Assembly: GCA_051003355.1 (NCBI GenBank)
Contig: JBPCLK010000050.1
Coordinates: 2,468 to 66,467 of the forward strand
Direction of reading: 5' to 3'
DNA length: 64,000 nt
Origin: Chthoniobacterales bacterium
GTDB lineage: Bacteria > Verrucomicrobiota > Verrucomicrobiia > Chthoniobacterales > UBA10450
The notes beneath the pieces were generated by a model. It saw only the letters and a list, made by a program, of their open reading frames with translations, made no database searches and was not told where the DNA came from. Shown here piece after piece: positions 28,476 through 37,950 of this stretch. A program made the position numbers and the translations under genes. The first letter of the stretch is position 1. The number at the start of each line of letters is the position of its first letter.

Positions 28476-31316
28476 CTAACGAGTTATGATCCCATCGGCG
28501 ATTTGCACTTGGAAGGTCTGTTTCATTTTTTCCTTCCCGTAGCTCAGCTCCGCGGTGTAGGTGCCACTCGGCACGAACTTCTTCGGATCGTCGCCACCAT
28601 ACTTGATCCGCACATCCTCAGTCGGCCGGAGATCCCAGTTGACCCGGCCGAGGCCCGGAGCGCCCGGCGCTTTCAAGTTCGCTACCGGCTGTCCGGCGGA
28701 ATTTGTGATGGCGATCTTCGCTTCATCACCAGTGAAGTCTTTCACCCAGAAACTCAGGAGCGCTCCCTCCGGCGGATTCTCGCCGCGAAAGACGCCTTTC
28801 CCGTTCCAATCGGCGAAACCTTCCAGGCGATAAAATCCGCGCGCCGGCGCGATGGTAAACAAATACGCCGACTTGGCCATCACGTCCGGTGTCAGTTCCC
28901 GAAAAGGCCGTGTGTCGTCCAAAATCGAAAGACTGCGACCGTGGGTGGCGATGATCAGATCGGCCGTGCGCGGATGAATCTTGAGGTCGTCCACGCGAAC
29001 GTTAGGCAAACCGCCTGCCTTGACCCAATGCGCCCCGGCGTCCAGCGACGCGTACAACCCGAAGTGCGTGCCGGCGTAGAGCAGATTCGAATTCACCGGA
29101 TCTTCTCTGACGACTTCCACGGGGTCGTTAGGCGGAATGCCCTGACCAGTCACGCTCTGCCAGGTTTGCCCCAGATCGGCCGTGCGCAGAATGAACGGTC
29201 GATCATCGCCCTTGCGGTAAGCGTTGGTCACGACATAAGCCACTTTTTCATCTTTCGCGCCGGGCTCGATGCGCACGACCCATTGACCCCGGACCGGCTC
29301 GGGCAGTTTCTCCGTCAGCTCGCTCCAGTTGCCGCCATCGTTTTGCGTCACCCAGAGCCGCCCGTCGTCCGTGCCAGCCCAGAGCAAGCCAGCTTTCACC
29401 GGCGATTCAGCCAGCGAATAAACGACGCCGTAGTTTTCCGCGCCGCTCCCCGCCGTCTCGGTTTTACCCTGCTCGTTACGCGTGAGATCCGGGCTGATAA
29501 CCTGGTAATGTTCGGCCTTGTCAGTCAGGCGAAAAATGCGATTTCCCGCGAGATAAAGCACACCGGGCTGGTGCACACTCCCGATGAGCGGGGCATTCCA
29601 ATGGAACCGATACCGCTCCTGCCCTTCAGCCGCTTCCGGACGGAGATCGCGCTTTTGGCCGGTGCGCAAGTTGATGCGGTGGATAAAGCCTTCCTGACTT
29701 TCGGCATAGAGAACATCCGGGTTGACCGGGTCGAAGACGACATAGAAGCCGTCGCCGCCTTCCAGCGAAGTCCAGTCCGAATTACGGATACCCTCCTTGC
29801 TCGCGACCTGGCTTGGCCCCACAAAACTCAGGTTATCCTGCAACCCACCCGCCACGCGATAGAAGGGCTGCATGTCGTCAAACGTGACGCGGTAGAATTG
29901 TCCGCCCGCGAAACGGTTGAGATGTTCCCAAGCTTTGCCGGCCGCGTAGCTTTGGTAAAGGCCGCCGTCGGTTCCCAGCAAGAGACGCTGGCAAACGGGC
30001 GGCTTGGGCGTTTTACTTTTATCTTCCGGCTTGCCGTTAGGCGCCGGTGTCGTGCCGGGTTGAATGGCCAGCGCGTGACAATCGGGATGCACCTTGTCTG
30101 ACAAATCCTCGCGGAAATTTTTGCCGCCTTCATCCGAAGCGAGCACCGCCATGCCGAGGACATAAACGCGTTGGTCGTTGGCCGGGTCGATTCGGATTTG
30201 GCTGAAATAGAATGGGCGTGGATCGATGTCGCTCATCCGGGTCCACTTCTCGCCCGCATCCTCGGAGCGAAAGACGCCGCCCGCCTTGCTGTGAATCTCG
30301 CGAAGATCGCTGGCCCCGCCGGCATCACTTTGCACGATGGCCATAACGAGTTTCGGCTTGCTCGGAGACACGGCGAGGCCTATCCGGCCCGTCTGTCCAG
30401 GCAATCCACCAGCGCACTTTTTCCAAGTGGCACCGCCATCGCTGCTCTTAAAAATACCGCCGACATCCTGCCCGTTGGTCGCCGTCCCACCGTAAGCAAA
30501 CGACCACGGTGTCCGCTGGCGCGCGTAGAGCGCGGCGTAAACAATCTCGGGATTGGCCGGGTCGAGAACCACGTCGCCGCAACCGGTTCGGGCATCGTTA
30601 GGCGCAGGAGCGCGCAGAACGAGTTTCCAAGTCTTGCCGGCATCGGTCGTCTTGAAAAGGCCGCGCTCGCCACCATCAGTCCAGAGATTCCCCATGGCGG
30701 CCACATACGCGACCTCCGGTTTCGTCGGATGCACCACCACCCGTGCGATCGAGCGGCTGGTCTTCAGGCCGACATTGGTCCAAGTGCTCCCGCCATCGGT
30801 GGATCGATAAACACCGTCACCCCATTCCGAGGAGTTGCGATCATTTGCTTCACCCGTGCCCACCCAGATCACCTCGGAATCCGAAGGCGCGACCGCGACC
30901 GAGCCGATGGACATCACCGCCTGCTGGTCAAAGATCGGGTCGAAAGTCGCGCCGTTATTCGACGTCTTGAAGAGACCGCCTGTGCCGAGCCCGACATAAA
31001 AGACGGCCGGATTACGCGGATCGATCGCGATATCTGAGACGCGTCCTCCCATGACCGCGGGTCCGATCGCGCGGGCCTTCAGGCTTTTGAAAAGCACATC
31101 CGTTACCTGGACAGGCGTGGCTGAAGGGCTCGGCGCCGCGGAAGATTCCGGCGTCGGTGAAGCCGGCGCGGTCGACGCGGAGACGGACGGCGTGGCCAGG
31201 GCCGGCGGAGGGGAAACCGGCTGAGCGACCTCCGACTCTTGGGCGAGGGCCGGGGCGAGCAGGGCGAACGAACACAAGATAATTAACCCCCGACCTAAAA
31301 CAGAAAACTGTGACAT
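28476..31316 (-). CDS. Secreted BNR/Asp-box repeat protein (sortilin/Vps10-like or glycosidase-like beta-propellers)
   Basis: Signal peptide, a Pro/Ser/Ala linker, and repeated SxDxGxTW boxes (STDGGSTW, TTDAGKTW, SSDGGATW, SEDAGEKW, TADLGQTW). Confidence 0.8.
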   Translation of the reverse strand: MSQFSVLGRGLIILCSFALLAPALAQESEVAQPVSPPPALATPSVSASTAPASPTPESSAAPSPSATPVQVTDVLFKSLKARAIGPAVMGGRVSDIAIDPRNPAVFYVGLGTGGLFKTSNNGATFDPIFDQQAVMSIGSVAVAPSDSEVIWVGTGEANDRNSSEWGDGVYRSTDGGSTWTNVGLKTSRSIARVVVHPTKPEVAYVAAMGNLWTDGGERGLFKTTDAGKTWKLVLRAPAPNDARTGCGDVVLDPANPEIVYAALYARQRTPWSFAYGGTATNGQDVGGIFKSSDGGATWKKCAGGLPGQTGRIGLAVSPSKPKLVMAIVQSDAGGASDLREIHSKAGGVFRSEDAGEKWTRMSDIDPRPFYFSQIRIDPANDQRVYVLGMAVLASDEGGKNFREDLSDKVHPDCHALAIQPGTTPAPNGKPEDKSKTPKPPVCQRLLLGTDGGLYQSYAAGKAWEHLNRFAGGQFYRVTFDDMQPFYRVAGGLQDNLSFVGPSQVASKEGIRNSDWTSLEGGDGFYVVFDPVNPDVLYAESQEGFIHRINLRTGQKRDLRPEAAEGQERYRFHWNAPLIGSVHQPGVLYLAGNRIFRLTDKAEHYQVISPDLTRNEQGKTETAGSGAENYGVVYSLAESPVKAGLLWAGTDDGRLWVTQNDGGNWSELTEKLPEPVRGQWVVRIEPGAKDEKVAYVVTNAYRKGDDRPFILRTADLGQTWQSVTGQGIPPNDPVEVVREDPVNSNLLYAGTHFGLYASLDAGAHWVKAGGLPNVRVDDLKIHPRTADLIIATHGRSLSILDDTRPFRELTPDVMAKSAYLFTIAPARGFYRLEGFADWNGKGVFRGENPPEGALLSFWVKDFTGDEAKIAITNSAGQPVANLKAPGAPGLGRVNWDLRPTEDVRIKYGGDDPKKFVPSGTYTAELSYGKEKMKQTFQVQIADGIITR

Positions 31317-31405
31317 GACGATTCCTACCGCGCTTTCCAGCGCCGCGCGACCGCCAGGTGCTCGCGAAAAGCACGGCGCGCGTGTTAAGCTCCCGCTTCA
31401 ATCCC

Positions 31406-31870
31406 ATGGCTGACTCCAAAAAAATCGCTGGTCCCGACCTCACGAAACGTCCTCCACGCAGTCCGCGTTGTCGCCTCGGAGGCTACGCGATTCTACCCCG
31501 CATGCTCGACAAGGGTCGCGCGACTCTCAACCAACAGAATGGCGAATTTAAATACGACGCGCCTTTCGATCAGCACGTCATCAAATTTCTCGATTTCGAT
31601 CCCGCTGCTTTGCTCGAACAGCTCGCTGCGGGCAAAGGGGACGCCGAGATACTCGAATGGCTCGCTTCCCAGGCGAAAACTAAACCGACCGCCTGGGAGA
31701 TCGAGCAATGGAGTGACTATATGCTGCGACGCACGCCGGATAGTGATGAAGAAACCCTGCTCTTTTTCTTCCGACGAGTTGGCTCTTACACAAAGACGCG
31801 CGAGGACATTAAGACGTGGATGGACCTGATCGACCTCGATGACTTCGTCACTTTCGGAGGTAAACCATGA
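31406..31870 (+). CDS. Conserved hypothetical protein (DUF5069-like)
   Basis: GGYAILPRMLDKGRA motif, recalled from the DUF5069 family. Start chosen at MADSKK. Confidence 0.55.
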   Translation: MADSKKIAGPDLTKRPPRSPRCRLGGYAILPRMLDKGRATLNQQNGEFKYDAPFDQHVIKFLDFDPAALLEQLAAGKGDAEILEWLASQAKTKPTAWEIEQWSDYMLRRTPDSDEETLLFFFRRVGSYTKTREDIKTWMDLIDLDDFVTFGGKP

Positions 31871-32574
31871 GCGAGCCGCGCGTCGCTCTGATCACCGGAG
31901 TCGGCTCCGGGCTAGGCGCAGCCCTGGCGCGGCGTTTTGCCCGTGAGGGGTTTGCCGTGGGTCTGATAGCCCGGCGAAGCGAGTATATCGATGACTTGGC
32001 GCGCGAGCTCTCCACCCACGGCGGAAGAGCGATCGCGGTAACGGCGGATGTGGGCAAACCCCCGGGAGTAAGATCGGCCGTCGAGCGCGTTCGCGCGGAG
32101 CTGGGCCCGATCAACCTTCTGCTGCACAACGCGAGTTCGTCGGGCGGTGATGGGCTCCTGGGCACTACCGTGGATGATTTCGAAGGTTCCTGGCGCACGG
32201 TGTCGTTAGGCGGTTTCCTCTGCGCGCAGGAAACTGTCCGCGACATGCTCACGGCCGGCGGAGGGGCGATGATTTTCACCGGGGCGACTTCGAGCGTGCG
32301 CGGAGGCGGCTGGCTGGCCTTCAGCAGTGCGAAATTTGCTCTCCGCGGCCTGGTCCAATCGCTCGCGCGGGAACTTTGGCCCCAGGGCATTCATGTCGCG
32401 CACGTTCTGATAGACGGCATCATCGGACCCGCTGGACAAGCGGCCAGCGCAGACGATCCGAAGCTGGATCCCAACCAAATCGCGGAAGCTTACTGGCATC
32501 TCGCCACGCAACAGCGACCTGCGTGGACGCTGGAACTGGATCTTCGCCCGCACCGCGAAAAATTCTTCGAGTAG
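31867..32574 (+). CDS. SDR-family oxidoreductase
   Basis: TGxxxGxG motif (ALITGVGSGLGAALA), NAS and a catalytic-region pattern. ATGA overlap with the upstream gene. Confidence 0.85.
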   Translation: MSEPRVALITGVGSGLGAALARRFAREGFAVGLIARRSEYIDDLARELSTHGGRAIAVTADVGKPPGVRSAVERVRAELGPINLLLHNASSSGGDGLLGTTVDDFEGSWRTVSLGGFLCAQETVRDMLTAGGGAMIFTGATSSVRGGGWLAFSSAKFALRGLVQSLARELWPQGIHVAHVLIDGIIGPAGQAASADDPKLDPNQIAEAYWHLATQQRPAWTLELDLRPHREKFFE

Positions 32575-32667
32575 CACCCGGCGCCGGATTTTTTTGAGAG
32601 CCGAGTGCGAATGCGACGCGCCGGTGCTTGCTGGCGGTCGATCGACCATTTATAAACTTCCCCTGAA

Positions 32668-33339
32668 ATGCGTATCTTGCTCATCGAGGACGAAAAGAAA
32701 ACCGCGGCATTTATTGCCAAGGGTCTCGAAGAGGAAGGCTACACGATTGAAGTAGCTCGCGACGGAGAAGAGGGATTGCGCATCGCCATGGCCCACCATT
32801 TCGATCTCCTCCTCGTGGATGTCATGTTGCCCGAGAAGGATGGCTGGACGGTCGTGCAGGAATTGCGAGGCCAAGGCACTCTGACGCCGATCCTGTTCCT
32901 CACGGCGCGCGACAGCGTCCCAGACCGCGTCAAAGGTCTCGAGCTGGGCGCAGACGATTATTTGGTCAAGCCCTTCGCTTTCTCCGAGCTTCTGGCCCGG
33001 GTGCGCTCGCTTCTGCGGCGGGGTTCGCCGCAGCAAGGCGATCAGTTGCGCGTTGACGACCTGGAACTCGACACCCATCGCAATCGCGCGCTTCGAGGCG
33101 GCCATCCACTGCACCTGACGGCCAAGGAATTTCTCCTCCTCGCGCATCTGGTGCGCTCAGCCGGCGAGATCGTCTCGCGCAAAGAAATCGAGAGTCACGT
33201 CTGGGGCATCGATTTCCAGACCGGGACGAACGTGCTCGACGTGATGGTGCGACGCCTGCGCGCAAAAGTGGACGATCCTTTCCCAAAAAAGCTCATCCAC
33301 ACCGTGCGCGGTGCCGGCTATGTCCTCAAAACCGACTGA
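32668..33339 (+). CDS. OmpR-family response regulator, heavy-metal (CusR/CopR-like) subtype
   Basis: MRILLIEDEKKTAAFIAKGLEEEGY...DLLLVDVMLPEKDGW...LTARD...GADDYLVKPFAFSELLARV plus a winged-helix C-terminus. Confidence 0.9.
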   Translation: MRILLIEDEKKTAAFIAKGLEEEGYTIEVARDGEEGLRIAMAHHFDLLLVDVMLPEKDGWTVVQELRGQGTLTPILFLTARDSVPDRVKGLELGADDYLVKPFAFSELLARVRSLLRRGSPQQGDQLRVDDLELDTHRNRALRGGHPLHLTAKEFLLLAHLVRSAGEIVSRKEIESHVWGIDFQTGTNVLDVMVRRLRAKVDDPFPKKLIHTVRGAGYVLKTD

Positions 33340-34717
33340 GCCGCGGTCGATCACCTCGCAGCTGGTTTTTCTCTTCACGCCAGCCGCGACCGTCCTCCTC
33401 TGCTGCGGCTTGGGCGTGCTTTATTGGATCGTCGTTAGGCACGCCTTTGCGGAAGACCGCGCCGTCCTGGCCGATAAGGTGCTCGAGGTAAAGACCGATC
33501 TGCGTTCTCCGGGTGGAATTTCGCTTCTCCGCCAGGAACTCAAGGCGATCCAGGCAGGCCAACGGTCTGCCTACTGGGTCCGTGTAACCGACTCGATGGG
33601 CCAGATCGTCGCGGAGACGCCGGGCATGGCCGAGCTGATTCCTTTAACCCTCTTTTCCTCCCAAGGCAGCTCAGACCTGCAGGACCTACAAACGAAAACT
33701 TATCAAACCCAGGGCCGCCTCTTCTCGTTAGTCTCAAGCCGCGCAAACGAAAACGGGCAGAGCTACCAAATCCATGTCGCGCAGGATCGCTCCGTGGATG
33801 AGCAGTTTGAAAAGGAGTTCGGACTTCTCGTCGCAGTCGTTCTCGTGGGCGGAATTGTTGCTGCGGCCGTGATCGCGATCACGGTCGCGAAGAAAGGTCT
33901 GCGACCTCTCAATGCCATGACGCGATCGCTGCGACGGGTGGGACCGAATCGGTTACACGAACACGTGCCGCCAGCGGAATGGCCACGGGAACTCCAGCCC
34001 GTCGCCGTCGCTTTCGACGATATGCTCGACCGACTGGAGGATTCTTTTACCCGGCTCTCACAGTTTTCGGCCGACCTCGCCCACGAGTTGCGCACCCCAC
34101 TGGCCAACATCCGAGGAGAAGCTGAGGTCGCGCTCATCCGCCCGCGTTCGCCGCAGGAGTATCAGGCGGTCATCGAATCCAGCGTCATCGAATGCGAGCG
34201 GCTTTCCGGCATTATCGATAACCTTCTCTTTCTCGCTCGCGCCGAGGCGGCAGAAAGCAAGATTCATCCGTCCACCTTCGACGGTCGGGCGGCGCTCGAA
34301 AAAATCGTCTCCTATAATGACGCGATCGCCGAAGAACGAGACCTCACTATTCGATGTGACGGTAAAGGCGAGGTCTTCGCCGATCCGATCCTTTTCGGGC
34401 GTGCGTCGAGCAACCTAGTCGATAACGCCGTTCACTTCACTCCGGATGGCGGTCGCATCACGATCTCCCTCAAGACCAATCGCGAGGGGGCGGAAATAGA
34501 AGTCACAGACACGGGCTGCGGCATCCCGGAGGAACATCTCTCCCGCATCTTCGATCGCTTTTACCGGGTCGATCCGTCACGCAGCAGCGAGGGAACTGGT
34601 CTCGGCCTCGCGCTGGTCAAGTCGATCACAGACCTGCACGGCGGCTCGATTTCCGCAAACAGCACAGTCGGGGAAGGAACCACCATCACCCTCCACTTTC
34701 CCAGGCTAGCCTCGTAA
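33320..34717 (+). CDS. Heavy-metal-type sensor histidine kinase (CusS-like)
   Basis: Two TM segments, HAMP, the H-box FSADLAHELRTPL, and N/G boxes. Overlaps the regulator gene. The track start at 33311 is GTG. Confidence 0.85.
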   Translation: MSSKPTEPRSITSQLVFLFTPAATVLLCCGLGVLYWIVVRHAFAEDRAVLADKVLEVKTDLRSPGGISLLRQELKAIQAGQRSAYWVRVTDSMGQIVAETPGMAELIPLTLFSSQGSSDLQDLQTKTYQTQGRLFSLVSSRANENGQSYQIHVAQDRSVDEQFEKEFGLLVAVVLVGGIVAAAVIAITVAKKGLRPLNAMTRSLRRVGPNRLHEHVPPAEWPRELQPVAVAFDDMLDRLEDSFTRLSQFSADLAHELRTPLANIRGEAEVALIRPRSPQEYQAVIESSVIECERLSGIIDNLLFLARAEAAESKIHPSTFDGRAALEKIVSYNDAIAEERDLTIRCDGKGEVFADPILFGRASSNLVDNAVHFTPDGGRITISLKTNREGAEIEVTDTGCGIPEEHLSRIFDRFYRVDPSRSSEGTGLGLALVKSITDLHGGSISANSTVGEGTTITLHFPRLAS

Positions 34718-34809
34718 ACGGAGCCGGTTAGTCGGAAGTGATAAAATAACATGACAAAATTATCATTATATTCTGGTCATCTTGATTCGGCTCATCTAAT
34801 ACACCGGCC

Positions 34810-35901
34810 ATGTCAAAAGCTAACCAGCCGCGTTTCGCACCGTTACGCGGCCTTGCAAAGGCCCGCAACACCTCTTGCGTTTCCTTCATTACCGCTCTCG
34901 TCGGCGCGTCCACCCTGCTCGCACAAGATGCTGTCACTAATAATCAGACGACCGCCTCCCCACGGCAAACCGCCGCAACGGCTGGGCATCCTTACAACGC
35001 CGAAGGCACCGGTTCTGTCCGCTCGAGCAACACGACTGAGCCGGCCACCCTGGTAGAGCCAACTCTTGTCATCCAAGGCGACGAATTGCCTGGCGCTTAC
35101 GGCGCACCCGGCGCTTTTTCGCGCAGCCGATTCTCGCCCATTACCAATGGCTATGTGCTGCCCGCGGGCGAAGTCTTTGCGGCGTTGATTTATCAGGGTG
35201 ATTTTGGTGAAGGTAAACCTGACCACGTTTTCACCCAAGAAATCGAAGTCGGCTTACCCTACCGTTTCGGGGTGGCGGTTGAAAATTCAATCGAGAGGTT
35301 CACCGGTGAGACTGAAAATTCAAGCTTCAGCATCGAAGGTCGCTGGGCGCTGGCAGACTGGGATAAGATTCCATTGAACCCCACGCTCTTCGCAGAATAC
35401 AAATTTGGCACAGGCAAGATTCTGCATGAGGAAGGCCCGCCGCCACCACCAGAAGAAGCCGCCGCGGGGGGTGGCCCTCCGGATAAACCCGATGCCTACG
35501 AGTTCAGGCTCCTGCTTTCAGAGGAGATTGCTAAGAACGTCCAGTGGGCTTTCAACGCGTTTTTTGAAAGGGAGAATACCGGTGACCGTGGACGCGAATG
35601 GGGCTTTGCCCAAAGCATTCAGGTGCCTCTTTTCCTGCCTCGCGAACGCTTCAAAGCCGGCTTGGAAATGCAGTACACCAACTTCACGGTCAAAGATACT
35701 CGCGGCTCACCCATTCACCGCTTTGTCATCGGGCCCAGCTTCGCCTTTAAGCCGACTTCCCGGATGCGTTTCGATGTCGCCCCGCTCTTTGGTGTGACCA
35801 AAGAATCGCCGGATGTGCAGGTTTTTGCCGTCTTTTCCTACGCCTTTGGTGGCGGTAACGAAAGCGAAGGCGAAGTCCCCACCTCTACTCGCAATCGTTA
35901 G
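34810..35901 (+). CDS. Hypothetical secreted or outer-membrane protein
   Basis: Signal-peptide-like N-terminus, a beta-rich pattern and a poly-Pro insert (GPPPPPEE). No family recognised. Confidence 0.45.
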   Translation: MSKANQPRFAPLRGLAKARNTSCVSFITALVGASTLLAQDAVTNNQTTASPRQTAATAGHPYNAEGTGSVRSSNTTEPATLVEPTLVIQGDELPGAYGAPGAFSRSRFSPITNGYVLPAGEVFAALIYQGDFGEGKPDHVFTQEIEVGLPYRFGVAVENSIERFTGETENSSFSIEGRWALADWDKIPLNPTLFAEYKFGTGKILHEEGPPPPPEEAAAGGGPPDKPDAYEFRLLLSEEIAKNVQWAFNAFFERENTGDRGREWGFAQSIQVPLFLPRERFKAGLEMQYTNFTVKDTRGSPIHRFVIGPSFAFKPTSRMRFDVAPLFGVTKESPDVQVFAVFSYAFGGGNESEGEVPTSTRNR

Positions 35902-35937
35902 GCTCGACTCTTTGCTGAACGGCTCGCGTCTCACGAA

Positions 35938-36618
35938 TTAAGGCGCGAGCCGTTCCAGCGTCCAGGAACGATCCTGGGCGCGCATGTAGCGAAAGCGATC
36001 GTGCAACCGGTTGGTCCGGCCCTGCCAAAACTCGATCGCCTCGGGAACAATCCGATAACCGCCCCAGTGCGGAGGGAGTTCGATTTCCTCTCTTTCCTCG
36101 AAGCGTTCGGTCATTTCGGCCAGGCGTGCGTCCAGAATACGGCGAGCCTCGATAACCTCGCTCTGGCGCGAGACCCAGGCGCCAAGCTGGCTGCCGCGGG
36201 GACGGGACTGAAAATACTCTCGTGACTCCTTGCGCGACGTTTTCTCGACTCGACCGGTCACCCGGATCTGTCGCTCGAGCTGCACCCAGTAGACGACAAA
36301 GGCAGCTTGCGGGTTCGCGGCCAGATCGCGGCCTTTCTCGCTGTCGTAATTGGTAAAGAAAACAAAACCCCGTTCATCGAAACCTTTAAGTAAAACGACG
36401 CGCACCGAGGGTCGACCATCGCTGGTAGCGGTAGCCAGGCTAATTGCGTTCGCGTCCGGCAAAGCGGAGTTCACCGCCGTAGAGAACCAAGTCGCGAACT
36501 GCTCGAATGGATCGTGATGCATCTCTGCGCGACGCAGACCGCGCGTTTCATATTCGCGTCTCAGGCCGGCCAGATCGATCGCATCCATCTCGGCGGCACC
36601 GTAGGCGAGCCGATGCAC
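35938..36618 (-). CDS. pdxH: Pyridoxamine 5'-phosphate oxidase
   Basis: The C-terminus IEFWQGRTNRLHDRFRY...WTLERLAP is diagnostic. The start may be the internal Met at 36588. Confidence 0.85.
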   Translation of the reverse strand: MHRLAYGAAEMDAIDLAGLRREYETRGLRRAEMHHDPFEQFATWFSTAVNSALPDANAISLATATSDGRPSVRVVLLKGFDERGFVFFTNYDSEKGRDLAANPQAAFVVYWVQLERQIRVTGRVEKTSRKESREYFQSRPRGSQLGAWVSRQSEVIEARRILDARLAEMTERFEEREEIELPPHWGGYRIVPEAIEFWQGRTNRLHDRFRYMRAQDRSWTLERLAP

Positions 36619-36673
36619 ACTGTCGAAACCGTTTCCGTTTGTGTTGGCGCCCCGGGCTCGCTAATTATCGAGC

Positions 36674-37516
36674 ATGTTCAGTCTGACCATGCTCGGCAGC
36701 GGGAGCGCTGGAAATAGCGCGCTCATCGCCACCGACCATTGCCGATTGCTGGTCGATGGCGGCCTCAGCGCCCGCCAGCTCGTGCTGCGGCTGGCGCTCT
36801 GCGGGGTGACGCCTAACGAAATTGATGGCGTGCTCCTGACTCATGAGCACGGCGACCATGTTTGCGGGCTGGAAGTGCTTTGTCGCAAGTTTCGGGTGCC
36901 CATTTACTGCAATGCCCTCACGGCCGAGGCGATCCGTTATGGCTCGTTAGGCGAGCATCGTAACTTTCGCATCTTTCGCACCGGCGCTTCCTTTTCCATC
37001 TGCGATATCACAGTGGAGAGCTTCCCTGTGCCGCACGATGCAGTGGAGCCGGTCGGTTATACTTTTCACGCCGGCCAAAGCGCGCTGGGCTATATCACTG
37101 ACCTCGGCCATGCCACTCGCCTGACTATCGAGCGTTTGCGCCAGGTGCAGACGCTGGTCATCGAGACCAATCATGACGAGAAGCTTTTGCAGAATGATCC
37201 GCATCGACCCTGGCCAGTAAAGCAGCGCATCCAATCGCGGCACGGCCACCTTTCCAATGCCGCCGCGGCCACGGTCGTGACGCAACTCGTCTCCGGGAAA
37301 ATCGCGCGCGTGGTGCTCGGACATCTGAGTCGCGATTGTAATTCGCCCGAGCTGGCTGCCGGTGCCATGCGAGCCGAACTGGAAAGGTGCGGGCGGCGCG
37401 ACGTGGAAATTTTTTGCGCCGCGCAAACTGAGATCAGCCCGCGTTTTGCGATCGGAGCGACGCGCGACGGCGTCTTTCAGCCGACTTTCGACAACCTTCT
37501 TTTCGAGCTTGCCTAA
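36674..37516 (+). CDS. MBL-fold metallo-hydrolase
   Basis: HxHxDH motif (LLTHEHGDHVCG) and downstream His/Asp ligands. Confidence 0.8.
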   Translation: MFSLTMLGSGSAGNSALIATDHCRLLVDGGLSARQLVLRLALCGVTPNEIDGVLLTHEHGDHVCGLEVLCRKFRVPIYCNALTAEAIRYGSLGEHRNFRIFRTGASFSICDITVESFPVPHDAVEPVGYTFHAGQSALGYITDLGHATRLTIERLRQVQTLVIETNHDEKLLQNDPHRPWPVKQRIQSRHGHLSNAAAATVVTQLVSGKIARVVLGHLSRDCNSPELAAGAMRAELERCGRRDVEIFCAAQTEISPRFAIGATRDGVFQPTFDNLLFELA

Positions 37517-37519
37517 CGA

Positions 37520-37894
37520 TTAGTCTTCGTCGCCCACGACGAGATGCACAATCCCGGCGGGATCGGAAATCCAAAAGCCATCGAAATCGTCGCGCAATTG
37601 CTCGACCTCGTCGCGCCGGGCCACCCCGTGATTTTTAAGGTATGCGGCGGCGCTCTCGGTGTCGTTAGTCTCGAGCTCCAGCCAGATATCAGGATGACTT
37701 AGGTTAGGCACGCGATCAATCCAAAGGCGGATGGGTCCAAACTGGAAAATACAGCCTTCTTTTTCTTCCTCGATGAGCGGCAGGCCGAGGGTATCGCGAT
37801 AAAAGGCGATGGTCTGCTCGTAGGTGTGATACGGACATTTGATGGCGATATTCGCGCCGCCCGAAAAGTTCGGGCTATTAACGTTCGCGACCAT
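37520..37894 (-). CDS. VOC/glyoxalase-family protein
   Basis: 124 aa counted from MVANVNS. Glyoxalase-like beta-alpha-beta pattern (YEQTIAFYRDTLGLPL...). The upstream part of the track ORF overlaps the fumC 3' end in another frame. Confidence 0.65.
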   Translation of the reverse strand: MVANVNSPNFSGGANIAIKCPYHTYEQTIAFYRDTLGLPLIEEEKEGCIFQFGPIRLWIDRVPNLSHPDIWLELETNDTESAAAYLKNHGVARRDEVEQLRDDFDGFWISDPAGIVHLVVGDED

Positions 37895-37950
37895 AAGAAA
37901 TGGGATCTTTCGCCTGGCGCAGCCTATCGTTAGGCGCAGGGGCAGATTCC

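Noticed and set aside
28503-30101. 532-aa plus-strand ORF
   Set aside because: It is entirely antisense to the BNR-repeat gene, which has clear Asp-box repeats and a signal peptide. It is a high-GC shadow frame.
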